DNA of 64,000 nt from Amphiscolops sp. MND2022 (GCA_964187785.1 CAXLNC010000593.1:124001-188000), one strand, 5' to 3'; numbered from the stretch's first letter, positions 11,427 through 24,504 are shown. The notes: a model not told the origin generated them from the letters alone. Program-made: numbers and translations.

Positions 11427-14400
11427 AAGACTCTGTTCCCGAGTCAGACTCGGCAAACCCCGCGGCTGTGACTCCTCCAGAGTCCCATACAGCCCCCCCC
11501 CCCTTCCCCAGCACCCAGGCAGACACCGACACCTCGCACTCCCCAAAGGCGTGCTGCCAAAAGGAAACGAGGTTCGTTTTTTTTTCGCTTCATATAATGC
11601 TTGAAACATTAATTTTGGAACACTTAAATGGAACCTAACTTTCCTTGTTCAAACATTTTCGAGACTAACACGTTCTATATTTTCTTCACAGCCATTTTGA
11701 TGAAAAGATGTAGTACGTCGTTTGTCTGAAATTGTTACGATTTTATTATGAAACAAGGTTTTATGATTCAACGTGTTTTTTTTGTTCGTACATAATTGTT
11801 TGACATGTCTGAGACCAGGACCCCGCTTTGGTTTCGTCATTTTTAAATCAATGAATAAACCAGATGGGTCCTAGTCACAAAGTGTTCCGATAACTTATTT
11901 GTTTTATATTTCATGTTTCGATGTTATCAACTTCTATTCACAACACAAATGTCCTCATTGAACATTTTCCAGACCAGGGTTCACTTTGTATTTTCATTAT
12001 AATTAAGATGAATATATATTGTGTCCCCTTAGTCTGAAGGTGTTACTATATTGTTTTACTTTTAGTTAAAATGTATTTTTTTGAACTTCGACGCTCTTTT
12101 TGCTGGGAGCAGTGCTGGAACTATATGAACACGCAATTATAGCACCAGTATTGATTGTCAGACTAAATGCGTCGTTTTTGGTAGATCACTTAGCCCTCCT
12201 GAAGGTGTTCGAATTATCAATTCAGTATTTTATTAATTTTTCAGTTTCCTCGGAGTGTGTTCTGCGGAGAGGCGGACTGCCCCGCGGTGTCGGTCACCAC
12301 GAAGATTAACATTAAGAAGGACGACAACATCCCCCACTAGAAGGCGCCGTGCCTTCTGCAAATGAAGTGGTTAATTCTACTTTCATACATTTTCCAAAAA
12401 ATGTTTGAATATATTCTGAGAATGGTTAATTTCGACTTTCATGTTTGATTTGCCTCCCTTTTCCTTCACAAAAATTTTAATTTGATTCTCATTTGCATTT
12501 CGTCGAGAAAACATGGGAATTCCTAAGGTCTCAAAAAGCTATTTAAAAACGTTCCGAGAACTTTGTTTAAAATTGTTTGTTTTTGTAAAAGAATTGCGGA
12601 TTCAGCCGAAAAAATTACTTTTAAAAGTGCATTTGCTAAGAATAATAATCAAAACGCGCCAAGGATAATCGAGCTGAGAGGAAAACTCATCAAAAAAAAT
12701 AGAAATGGCGAAAAACAGTGCGATGCAAAAAAAAAACGAAATAATCAGAAAAAGAAAAGAAAGACTTTATTTTGTTAAAGTCTCGAACAACAACGAAATG
12801 AAAAAGGCAGGACAAGAATTTCTATTTTTTGCAAACTTTCCTGATAAAATTCGATTTAGACTTCGATACTTGATGCAAAATTGGGCAAAGAAACGATTAT
12901 TTACCGTGCTTAGAAAACTTTCATTAGATAAAATTCGTTTTTAGTAACGGCGAGAAACAGGACGACACAAAAAAGCCTCCCAAGAAATAATAACAAAAGG
13001 GAAAGAAAGGCTTGCTTTTGAAAATGGTTAATTTTAATTTTAATCTTTGATTTGAAAAGTAACTTGAAGGTATTGCGAGGACGTTGGATTAAATTGTTGT
13101 TTTTTGTTCTAGAGATGCAACACACCACTTCAGCGGCGCCAGTTAAAACTACTGCTCAAATTGAAAGTTCGTCACTCGCTGTTCTAGAAGGTACTTCGCA
13201 AACTGAATGTCCTTCTTTGGCCGATCGAGATGTTACTCCGCAAAATGAAAGTTCTTCACTGGCCGACGGTTAATTCCAACTTTCATTTTCGATTTGAAAA
13301 GTAACTTGAAGGTATTCCGAGAACGTCGGATAAAATTGTTGTTTTTTTTCTAGAGATGCAACAAACCACTTCAGCAGCGCCCGTTAAAATTACTGCTCAA
13401 ATTGAAAGTTCTTCACTCGCTATTCAAGAAGTTACTCCGCAAACTGAATGTCCTTCACTGGCCGATCGAGATGTTACTCCGCAAAACGAAAGTTCTTCAC
13501 TGGCCGACGGTTAATTCCAACTTTCATATTCGATTTGAAAAGTAACTTGAAGGTATTCCGAGAACGTTGGATAAAAGAACGTTTTTTTTCTAGAGATGCA
13601 AGTATGGGCACCTGAGGAGATGACCCCTGGCTCTAGTTCTACACCTCGTCGTCTGCCTTCAATTGGAGGTATACTTCAAAGAAGTATATTTTAAAACAAA
13701 TCCCCCCACCACTGAAAAATCAAACAAACAATGAAAAGGACCCTATAAGGTGTCATAATTGATTCTCATCATCGAGAAAAAACACAAGTTTGTTTCAGTA
13801 ATAATAGCTCTTAATAAGTGCTGTTAATAGAAATGATATTAAAATAAACTTGGTTAATAACGGTTTGAAATGTACTGTGTTTTTTCCAACGTTTAGAGAA
13901 CATCGAAATGTGTCTCGAAGACTAGACAAGACATGAAAACGGTGAGCAACAAATGGTCAATGGTAAAGTAAAACTTACTTTTAAAAGTTCATTGTTTGCG
14001 TTTTTGTTCCAAATTCTCAGAATTATCCAAGTGTTTTTGAAAAAAAGATCCAGGAAACAACTATTTCATTCATTGAGATATAATTTCGAAGTTTCTTACA
14101 CGTTTTGTATCATATTCTGTAAAACAGTTATCTCAGTTGCAATCTTCTGAAAAAACACTTTTACACATCTTGATAACATTCCGTTGAATGAAACTACTTT
14201 TTCTTTTTCTTGTTTCAGTCCATCCCACCGTCATAATAGACAATAGATGCAATACCGAAGAAGAAACAGAAGAAGCGACAACAAAACTAAGAAAACGAGG
14301 GCACCACCGCAAGGGCGAAGTGGTGGTAAAAGCTCTAAGACTGCGACGAAGAGGGCCTCAAAAAGAGGAAGAACAGTACAAGATTTCGTCGGAGTACCAA

Positions 14401-14805
14401 AATCGGCCGAGAAAGACAACGATTGAGAGACCGAGACAAAGAAGAGCCTCTAGACTCCACTACATACTCTGCGGGGAGGAGGTGGTGACCTCAAACATTG
14501 TGAGGCACTTCTCCTTGAAGCATTGCTACCCGCTAAAATTGCGGAATTACATCTTAAATAAAACCCGAATCCGCCACCAGCAACAGGGCAAGCACCTCAT
14601 TTTTAATGATTGCACTACTTGACTTCGGCGCTTTGTTGTAACTCGATCTCACACACACCATTTTGATTATTGTCATTTATTTGAAGTGCCTGATTTCATG
14701 AGCCTTGATGGTCTTTGTCGCAAGGCAAAGGCCATCATGGCTGTGTGCGATGGGGACTCGAACAACGCGTTTGACCTCCTGAAGGAAGAGTTGGGGAGAG
14801 ACTAA
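11427..14805 (+). pseudogene. Multi-exon AT-hook/tandem zinc-finger gene (AHZ), copy A, disrupted
   Basis: Phase-1 exons at 11427-11571, ~12245-12370, ~13115-13268, ~13353-13509, ~13594-13668, ~13897-13961 and 14219-14805. The last exon has CILC..RHFSLKH but an in-frame TGA at 14620-14622 replacing a Cys, and a degenerate AT-hook (RGHHRK). Confidence 0.8.
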
Positions 14806-15249
14806 CTTACCATAGCCTCTCCTTCTGATTTTTTCAGATTTTCTTCCAGATCATCGATTACATTCATTCCACGTTTTTCAGAACAATTTGCTGAAAAAAA
14901 TTCTTCAAGAAATTCAGAGTTCAATTCGTGGTTCTCGTTTGATAATTTCATTTTGTGTTTTTTTCCAATGAAAATTAGTTTGAGGAAATTCCAAGTCCAA
15001 TTTGTGGTTCAATCCCAACAAACAGTCTTCAAGTAATTCCGAGTTCAATTTGTGTTTTTTTTCCAAAGAAAATTAGTTCAAAGGAATTCCTAGTTCAATT
15101 GGTGGTTCACTTTTATATAATATAAGTTTCAGTAATTCACTCCATGATGTTTTTCGTTTTTAAGACATTAAAACAATTTTTGAGTGCATTTGCTATCACG
15201 ACTTCAAAATAAATAGATTCGTCTTTTTGGAACCATATAAAAAACTCTT

Positions 15250-15730
15250 CCCATATTTGATCTAACCGTTGTTTCAAACGCGAAGTTCAGTCCCCTCCGG
15301 TGCTAATTGTGACTTGCATTCAGTTCATTTTGTTTATTTTTGTCATCCATACGTTCTTTTTTTGCTGTTTTGCTGTGTCGTTACATACTTTCTTCGGTTG
15401 TCCCATTTTACTTTTAGGCTTCCATACCTTCGTTTTTGCGGTGTCGTTACATACTTTCTTCGTTTGTCCCATTTTACTTTTAGGCTTCCATGCGTTCTGG
15501 TTTGCGGTGTCGTTACATACTTTCTTCGGTTGTCCCGTTTTTTTGTCTTTCGGTTGTCCATATGTCTTTTTTGCGGTGTCATGCCATACATACATTACCG
15601 TTTTTGACTTACCCCCGACTATGCCCCCATCCCCACAGCATTCTTCTTCCTCTTCACCCCCCTACCCACTGACTTCTTTCCCATTTGACTATCCCCAACC
15701 CAACAGCACCCGTCCTCTCCTTCCCTTGAC
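15250..15730. repeat. R66 cassette, subtype B
   Basis: Same leader as at ~7050; the units carry ttcttcggttgtccc instead of ttctcttaggtgtccc. Confidence 0.9.
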
Positions 15731-15964
15731 TTTTGCCCAACCTTTACTTTGCATTACTTTGATCAAAGTTTAGCAAATGTAGAAAATCAACATTTGTTTG
15801 CAATTTGCCATGTATACTGGCAATTAGTTAGAATCAAAATAGTTAGTCATCACAGTTTTCAAATAGTGTTTTAATGAGACAGGGATAATACTCTAGACAT
15901 TGGCAAAAAAAGTTCAAGTTTACCCATTCGAAACAACTCTTAAATGACTGGCCCAACTTAATTT

Positions 15965-16915
15965 CGCAGATAACATGTTTTTTTTCTAGTTTATACCCGG
16001 CGTCTTTGAGTTGTTTCGCTTCATCTTTGGGGGAGATGTTTTTCTCGATATCTTAGAAAATTCTCATCGCATCCTGGACATGCTTGGGGGCTGTGGTTTC
16101 CTGAAAGTGAAGAAACTTTCTTTGAAAGTTTCGTTTGTTTGGCCCTTTTTCTGCGGCACGTCGAATTTTTCGTTTACTGCTTTTGTAAAGACTTCGTCCC
16201 GATGTCCAGTCCAGACTAGACGCAACCTCGAACCGTCTTCTTTTGATTTATAATAGTTGTGCAGAAGTTTCCTTTCGTTTGCACTGAGTCCTTTGTGTCT
16301 TTTGACGTGGTCGTTCATATGACCGTGACAGGCCATATCATTGCAAACGATGCACTGTCCGAGATCTGTCTCGGAACCTGTTGAAAGGGAAAAAAATTTT
16401 TATACCTGTTCTAGTTTGAATGTATATATTCTGATAATTTAGATTCTGATATTCTCTAATTCGATTGACAATGAATGAAAAAACTTACTATCGCTCACGG
16501 AAGGATCGACCAGTGTTGATGATAGAGCCAGTATTGGAGGAGAATCATTGGGACCATCTTTCATGGGGTGATGGCCCGCACTAGTGGTGGCTTTGTTCTC
16601 AGCTTCTGTTGGGTAATGTGGTGAGAGTTCATAATCACTCTCGGAACCTGCTGAATATAATTATATATTTTGATCAAGTATCTAAAAAGGAAACGATTGC
16701 TCTGAACTTTAGTTGTAGTCTTTCTAGTATATAGACAGAATTCAATAAACATGTCACGGAATTCCTAAGCGAAATTGTTGATAAAAATCAAGATACTAAT
16801 TTCAATACTAACCATCACTCATGGCTTTCATGAGTTGGTTGCACACTAATGGTGGCTCCCGTCTCAGCCTCTGTGGCATAAGGGTGTGAAAGGTTATCGG
16901 CAGTCTCGGAACCGG
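15965..16915 (-). pseudogene. C2H2 zinc finger + Myb-like gene (ZnF-Myb), copy A, frameshifted
   Basis: Paralog of 62820-63776. The last exon starts at 16377 (CIVC..HVKRH; RLVWT). A G5 run near 16087 (G6 in the intact copy) shifts the frame. Confidence 0.8.
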
Positions 16916-17574
16916 CTGAACATAATACTATATTTTGATCAAGAATTTTAAACGGGTATGATTGATTCTGAACGTAAGTTTTAGTCTAGCCCCGGACCAA
17001 AATTTTGAATTTTACTCTAGATTATACATAGATAGAATTCAGTTTGAATTTCATTGATGGTTTTAAATTTAGCTTAGTTTAGATTCTGATAATTTTTGAA
17101 AAGCACCTAATAAATAAATTGAAGTTTTCTTTCGGTTAAAATTTTGAAGCTAGAATCAACATTTTAGATGAAGACTCATTATCAGATTGACATTATCAGA
17201 TGAAGGCTCTTATTCAGACTTCTAAATATTGCTTGAAAAAAAAGGAATTCTTGAAAATCTAAATAGTTTATCGCAATATTTTGACCCAATTTGAATTTCG
17301 TTGAGGAAAATTTTTCAATTAAAATATGTCAGAATTTCTCCCCGGAATTTCAAAACTAACCTTCACTCAGGATTGAATAGTTGAGCGACAGTGTTGCTAA
17401 GAGCGATGAAAAAGAGCAGAATTTCGAGAGAATTGCGATATTTGATGTTATAGTCACGTCAAGATTAAATTACGTTCGGATCAAGTTTTGTTGATTGATG
17501 AATGCGAGCAGAAGTCGAAGGTTGTGAGAGTAAGTAAGTAAGTTGATACGATCGATGCAAAAGGTTAGACTGAA

Positions 17575-18460
17575 TCGACTTTGCAGTCGACAAAACTTCA
17601 GAAGTCATTATTGAAGGGCCTCCAATCTAATTTTCCTGCAGTGTTAACTAGTTAATTAACTAGTCAATTGCGTAAGGACTTTGCAGCAGAAGACAAAACT
17701 TCTGCGCAGCGGTCATCACTAAAGCACGCCTCACTTCTAAGTTCATCGCAGTGTTAATTAGTTTATCGTGCGATTTCTCTTTAAATCTTTTCACAATTTT
17801 TAAAAGAGTTTTTTCGAAGAATTGTGTGACTATAAGATTTATAGAATTCTCAGAATGTTTTCAGATAGTTTTTTGTCATTGTCGAATCATGATTTTCACT
17901 TGCACTTGTGGTTTGCATCAGAATGTCTTCAAACTATTTTCGTAATCAACCAATCGAAAGCCTCGCTCGGTCTCAGAATGTCTTCATTTTTTCCTCAACA
18001 CTCGATTGTATACTCAGAATGTCTGCAAACTGATTTTTAACTGACCAATTGGGAATGTTGATCAATTGTAGTCTCAGAATGTCTTCAAACCAATGTTTTA
18101 CCTAACCAATCATGAATTTCATTTGATTGTTAACTAGTTATTTAACTAGTTAATTGCGTAAGGACTTTGCAGCAGAAGACAAAACTTCAGCGCAGCGGTC
18201 ATCATTAAAGCACCCCTCACTTCTAATTTGATCGCAGTGCTCAATTGTTGCTCAATTGTAGTCTCAGAATTTCTTCAAACCAATGTTTTACCTAACCAAT
18301 CATGAATTTCATTCGATTGTAGTCTCGGAATGACTTCAAACTAATTTGGTAACTGACCAATCAGAATTTCTATTCATTTGTAGTCCCAGAATGTCTTCAA
18401 ACTAAATTATTATCTGACCAATTAACAATTTCACTCAGTTGTAGTCTCAGAAAGTCTTCA
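17575..18460. repeat. Degenerate tandem repeats: ~110-bp unit (17575-17757, further copy ~18131-18245) nested with tgtagtctcagaat/aaccaatc repeats
   Basis: gcagtgttaa occurs at 17638 and 17748. The block ttaactagt...ggactttgcagcagaagacaaaactt is repeated. gtagtctcagaat recurs about six times. Confidence 0.75.
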
Positions 18461-18544
18461 AATAAGTTTATCACTAGCGAAATAAAAACAATACTCTGTT
18501 GAAGTGTTAGAAAAGATTTAGTGGATGAGTTAGATTGTTTCTGG

Positions 18545-18715
18545 TAATCCCCCCGCAAATGTAAATCTGTAATCCCCCCTCAAAAGTAATTCTGTATTCC
18601 CCCACAAAAATATTTTCCCCACAAATGAAATTCCCCACGAATATAATTCCCCCACAAATATAGTTCCCACACAAATATAAATCCCCCGCAAATGAAATTC
18701 CCCCACGAATATAAC
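18545..18715. repeat. C-rich ~20-bp minisatellite
   Basis: attcccc(c)acaaat / aatccccc(g)caaat repeats. Confidence 0.75.
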
Positions 18716-19234
18716 TTGAGAGGTCAAGTAAAATTTTTGTTGAGCAAAATTAACAACCAAACAGAATTCAGTTTTTTAACGGTCACTGCAATTGATCGCG
18801 TTAACTTTGTAAGAATTTCGGAATACGTTCAATGGAATACTTTACAAATCATTATTCTATTTTGTTGATTCAAATGTAATGAAAACAGCTTCATTTCAAT
18901 CAACAGATGCACAGAAAGGCTTTAACATGGTCAGATTAGGCTGTTGATAGATCCACAGATATCGCCGCCAAGATAAATAAAATCTGGCTCTCCACATGTT
19001 TAAGTTAGCTGCGATATCTGGAAAAAAGTCTAATTTAGCCTCGGCTGCATTTTCTTCTGACTGGATGGATTTTTCCCAAACTTTCCTCTAGGAACCTTAA
19101 TTGACCTTATGACATGTGCACCAATATTTTTGTCGAGTTTCAACTCCTCCATAGTGCTGCCCAAGCAGCGTGCAAGTAAGAGGCCAAGTTAATCCCTAAA
19201 TTCTATCTTGGCCGCGCGATTTGCGAGTTGCGGC

Positions 19235-19382
19235 NNNNNNNNNNNNNNNNNNNNNNNNNNNNNNNNNNNNNNNNNNNNNNNNNNNNNNNNNNNNNNNNNN
19301 NNNNNNNNNNNNNNNNNNNNNNNNNNNNNNNNNNNNNNNNNNNNNNNNNNNNNNNNNNNNNNNNNNNNNNNNNNNNNNNNNN
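19235..19382. other. Assembly gap (148 N)
   Basis: Run of N. Confidence 1.
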
Positions 19383-19590
19383 ACGAATCAATTCCACCAA
19401 TCAATCTACAGATCGATATATCTATATATCTATCAGTCTTTCTATATATCAGTGTTTCTTTTCATGCTTCAACTATGAATTTTTTCTGTTTATCTGTTTA
19501 TCTATCTATGTAACTGCACATATATCTATATATTTTCCTTTATAGTTTTGTATCTATACTTTCAAAACGTTCATATACTTCCTGTTCTAG

Positions 19591-19769
19591 ATTGGGACGA
19601 CATCAGTTTACCAGGTTCACCACCTGAGGAGAAAAGACGTGCTCGCGGAGTTAATAAAAAACAACTCAATCAAATGTCTGATGTCAGGCTTGCAATGTTG
19701 GCGATGGCTGAAGTATTCTTTACGGGGACGCTCGTGTGTTTCATTTTAGCCCTCTGTTCTAGTGACTAG
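19591..19769 (+). other. Possible terminal exon (DWDDISLPGSPPEEKRRARG...hydrophobic C-terminus)
   Basis: Follows a ttctag acceptor; stop-free and GC-richer than the flanks; isolated between two gaps, so there is no context. Confidence 0.3.
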
Positions 19770-19882
19770 AATAAGCTTTCCATCCTCAGGGCATAATTAC
19801 GTTTTCGCTTGCGAAAAGTGTCCTAGAAGATAGACTTAAATAACAACACTTTTTGTAAAGTATAGTATAGTAGTATAGTACA

Positions 19883-20082
19883 NNNNNNNNNNNNNNNNNN
19901 NNNNNNNNNNNNNNNNNNNNNNNNNNNNNNNNNNNNNNNNNNNNNNNNNNNNNNNNNNNNNNNNNNNNNNNNNNNNNNNNNNNNNNNNNNNNNNNNNNNN
20001 NNNNNNNNNNNNNNNNNNNNNNNNNNNNNNNNNNNNNNNNNNNNNNNNNNNNNNNNNNNNNNNNNNNNNNNNNNNNNNNNNN
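19883..20082. other. Assembly gap (200 N)
   Basis: Run of N. Confidence 1.
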
Positions 20083-22234
20083 GCCAAGGCGTTTATCAAT
20101 AAGAAGAACGACTCCTTCGCCCACCAGAAGGCGCCATGCTACTCGCAAACGAATTGGTTAATTCTACTTTCATACATTTGCAAAAAAATTACTTGAAGAC
20201 ATTCTGAGAATAGTTTATTTCAACTTTCATAATTGATTTGCCTCCCTTTTCCTTCACAAAATTTTGATTTTTTTTTGTACACAGAAATGCAGACTCAGGC
20301 GGAAAACTTACTTTTAAAAGTCCATATTTTCATATTTTTGCAAATTTTTCCCGAACAAAATTCGATTTAGAATTCGACACTTGATGCAAAATTGAGCATA
20401 GAAATGATTATTTACCGTGCTTAGAAAACTTAGATAGATAAAATTCGTTAGATAAAATTCGTTTTTAGAAATGGCGAGAAACAGGGCGAGGCAGACAAAA
20501 GCTTCCCAAGAAATAATAAGAAAAGGGAAAGAAAGGCTTGCTTTTGAAAATGGTTAATTTCAACTTTGATCTTTGATTAGAAAAGTTTTTTGAAGGTATT
20601 CCGAGAACGCTGGATGAAATTGTTGTTTTTTTCTAGAGAAGCAACACACCGCTTCACGGAACGAGCCCTCCTATCCAACAAGCGCCGCAATTCTTGGAGC
20701 AACCGCTTCTGAAGTGCCCGTGGACTCTGGTTAATTTCAACTTTGATCTTTGATTAGAAAAGTTCATTGAAGGTATTCCGAGAACGTTGGATGAATTTGT
20801 TGTTTTTTTCTAGAGAAGCAACACACCACTTCACGGAACGAGCCCTCCTCTTCAACAAGCGCCGCAATTCTTGGAGCAACCGCTTCTGAAGTGCCCGTTG
20901 ACTCTGGTTAATTTCAACTTTGATCTTTGATTACAAAAGTTTATTGAAGGTATTCCGAGAACGTTAAATGAAATTGTTGTTTTTTTCTAGAGATGCAAGT
21001 ATGGGCTCCTGAGGAGATGGCCACTTGCTCTAGTTCGACGCCTCACCGTCCATCAATTGGAGGTATATTTTAAAATAGTATATTTTTAAAACAAATCCCC
21101 CGCCACTGGAAAATCAAACAAACAATGAAATTAACCCTATAAGGTGTCATAATTCATGTTCATCATCGAGAAAAAAAACGAAAGTTTGTTTCAGTATTAA
21201 CAGCTCTTAATAGAGTTCCTAATATCTCTTAATCGAAATAATATTGATAGAAATCTATTTGATAGCGTTTTGCAATGTATTGTATTTTTCTCAACGTTTA
21301 GATGACACAGAAGAAATTATCGAGATGTGTCTCGAAGACGAGCCAAACCTTGACGACCAAGAGCAGCGGATGCTCAATGGTAAAGTAACACTTACTTTTA
21401 AAAGTACATTTATTGCGTTTCTATCCTAATTTCTCAGTTTTGTCAGTGTTTTTGAAAAAAAAAGATCCATGAAGAAACTATTTCATTCATTCAGATATAA
21501 TTTCGACTTTTCTTACACATTTTTTTCATATTCTGTAAAACAATGTTATCTCGGTTGCAATCTTGTGAAAAAACATTTGCAGACATTTTGATAACAGTCC
21601 GTTGGATGAAACTGATCTTCTTTCAGTCCATCCCACAATCCCACAACAGATAGAAGAAGAAAAAACAGACGAAGAAGAAGACGAAATACAAGAAGAAGAA
21701 GCAGGACCATCAACGTCAAGAAAGCGAGGGCGTCCCCGTAAAGGGGAACAAGTACCAGAAAAGCCAGTCAAAATACGCCGCCGAGGGCCACAAAAGGACG
21801 AAGCTACCTACAAAACCTCCGCTGACTACCGTGGCAGAAGACATACCAAAATAATTCGAAACCGTCCCAGAAGAGCATGCAGACACCACTGCATCGTCTG
21901 TGAAGAAGAGGTCCTCACGTCAAACATCGTTAGGCACATGTCACTTGTGCACAATTACCCGCTGAAGTTGCGAAATTACCTTCTCGATATCACTCGAATA
22001 AAACATCAGCAACAAGGGAAGAACAGGGCTATTAAAGACTGTCTCCATTGTATGAGGAGATTTGTGATAGCCAGCAATCACCGCCACCGTTTCTATCCCT
22101 GTAAAATTGTCGATGTACCTAATTTCACGAGCCTTGATGGTCTTTGTCTTAGGGCAAAGGCCATCATGGTTCTTTGCGATGGGGACTTGCGCGACGCGTA
22201 TGAAGTCCTCGGGCAAGAGTTCGAGAGAGACTAA
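20083..22234 (+). CDS. AHZ gene copy B, apparently intact in all visible exons (5' end lost in gap)
   Basis: Phase-1 exons at ~20083-20159, ~20637-20730, ~20813-20908, ~20991-21062, 21301-21379 and 21627-22234 read through in frame. Acidic tract, AT-hook RKRGRPRK, CIVC..RHMSLVH and CLHCMRR..H..C. Confidence 0.8.
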
Positions 22235-22669
22235 ATTACTTTAGTCTGTCTTTCTTATTTTTCAATGTTTTCTCCCAGATCTCCGATATCACTCAAATCA
22301 CTTCTTCAACATTTTGTAAAAGTTCTGTTTCAATTCGTAATTCGTGATTCTTTTCAAAAAAATTACTTTCAAGAAATTCTGAGTTCAATTCGTGGTTCTT
22401 TTTCAAAAAAAATTACTTTCAAGAAATTCCGAGTTCAATTCGTTCTTTTCCAAAGAAAATTAGTTGAGAGAAAATCCTAGTTAAAATCGTGGTACTTATT
22501 CCAATAAAATAGTTTCTAGAAATTCCGAGTTCAATTTGTGGTTCTTTTCTGAATAAAATTAATTACAGGAATTCAATTTCTGATTTTTTTGTCAATTTTG
22601 GAAATTTTATCACGACTTCAAAAGAATTAGATTAGTCTCTGAAACAATATAGAAAACTATACTTCCTAT

Positions 22670-23240
22670 ATTCCATATAACCGTCAATTCATACGCGAAG
22701 CGCAGTCCCCTCCGGTGCTAATTTTGTCTTGCATTCGGTTCTTGTCGTTTATTCTCGTCGTCCATACGTTCTTTTTTGCGGTGTCGTTTCATACTTCTTC
22801 TCTTAGGTGTCCCATTTTGTATTTAGGCGTCCATACCTTTTTTTTGCGGTGTCGTTTCATACTTTCTTCGGTTGTCCCATTTTACTTTTAGGCTTCCATA
22901 CGTTCCTTTTTTTGCGGTGTCGTTTCATATTTTCTTCGGTTGTCCCATTATACTATTAGGCTTCAATACGTTCTTTTTTGCGGTGTCGTTATACATACTT
23001 TTTTCGGTTGTCCCATTTCACTTCTGGGCTTCCATACGTTCTTTTTTGCGGTGTCGTTTCTCATACTTTCTTCGGTTTTTTTGTCTTTCGGTTGTCCATG
23101 TCTTTTTTGCGGTGTCATGCCGTACATACTTTCCCGTTTTCGACTTACCCCCGACAAACCCCCCCCCACCCCCACAGCATTCTTCTTCTTCACGACCCCC
23201 CCCTGCCCACTGACTTCTTTCCCAGTTGTCTATCCCCACC
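22670..23240. repeat. R66 cassette, chimeric (first unit subtype A, rest subtype B)
   Basis: First unit has ttcttctcttaggtgtccc; later units have tttcttcggttgtccc. Confidence 0.88.
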
Positions 23241-24504
23241 CCCACAGCACCCGTCCTCTCATTTTATCAATTTTATTTTAGCAATTTATATCAATTTATA
23301 TTAGCAATTTGCCCTATATACTGGCAATTCGTTAGAAAAGAATTAAATTATTAGTTATCACATTTTTCAAATAGTGTTTTTAATGAGACAAGGATAATAC
23401 TCTAGACATTGGCAAAAAAAGTTCAAGTTTACCCATTCGAAACAACTCTTAGTTGTCTGGCCCAATTTCGCAGGTAATGAAATTTTAGAGCAGTTTCAAG
23501 TGAAAGTATTTCATCACCATTAGATTTAATTAGGTAATAATAAACCAGCTGGGTCCTAGTCACAAAGTGTTCCGATATTTTGTTTGTTTTGTTTCATATG
23601 TTTTCGAATCACAAAAGTCCTCGTTCAACATTTTCGAGACCAGGGTTCACTCTGTATTTTCATTATACTTTAGATGAATATACATTGTGTCCCCCTAGTC
23701 TGAAGGTGTTACGATATTGTTTTAATATTAGTTATGATAAATTTTTTTGAACTTAGACGCTCTCGTTGCTGGAAGCAGTGCTGGAATTATATGAACACTC
23801 CATTATAGAGCCAGTACTGATTCTCTGTCTAAATGCGTGGCGTTTGACTTTCTTTTACGATGAAAAGTCGTAGTGTTTTTAATAAAAAGACTCAGTAAAT
23901 TCCGAGATCAATTCGTTGTTCTTCTTAAAACAGAACTGATTGAAAAAATTCCGAGTTCAATTCGTGGTTCTTTTTCAAAAAAACCTGATTCAAAAAATTT
24001 CGAGTTGTACTTTTCTGATTAAATTTAATACAGAAATTCAAGAATTTCCGAGTACAATTTGGTGAAAAAACTTTTTTGCAGACATTCTGGTAACATACAT
24101 AGGAACGATACATATGTTTTACATATAACTAATGACTACATGACTACAGATAGACAACAATTAACTGTTTTCTATGTTTAGTCATCATGATTCCGCTGTT
24201 CTTCCGACTTCTTCTGTCCTTCTTTCGACATCGATTGAGCTGAAACATATATGTTGTTGAGGAGAATTAAATCTTGCAGTGAATGATATCTATCTATTAT
24301 GAATGTAATATGATCGATATTTCAATTTCAAATTTTTTTGTGTGATTAATGATAAATTCAAAAACTTTCATTAATTTAAAAAGTCATTACCCCCATTTTC
24401 AGTATATCAGCAGTATAGATCTAAAGAAAAACATAATATTGAGACGAAAAAAGAAATTACTTTTTTCACTGTCTCATCGGCCGTGGTCGTAAAAAGTCAT
24501 ATAT

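Noticed and set aside
15280-15305. tRNA/SINE B-box-like look of the R66 leader (gaagttcagtcccctccggtgcta)
   Set aside because: It deviates from GTTCRANNC, has no A-box and no cloverleaf could be folded.
15269-15773. Phe/Cys-rich or Lys-rich ORFs over R66/R49 and intronic arrays (also ~22.9k, 33k, 38k, 41k, 46k, 52k, 60-62k)
   Set aside because: Artefacts of periodic repeats.
19189-20148. ORFs spanning N runs
   Set aside because: They are open only because of ambiguous bases.
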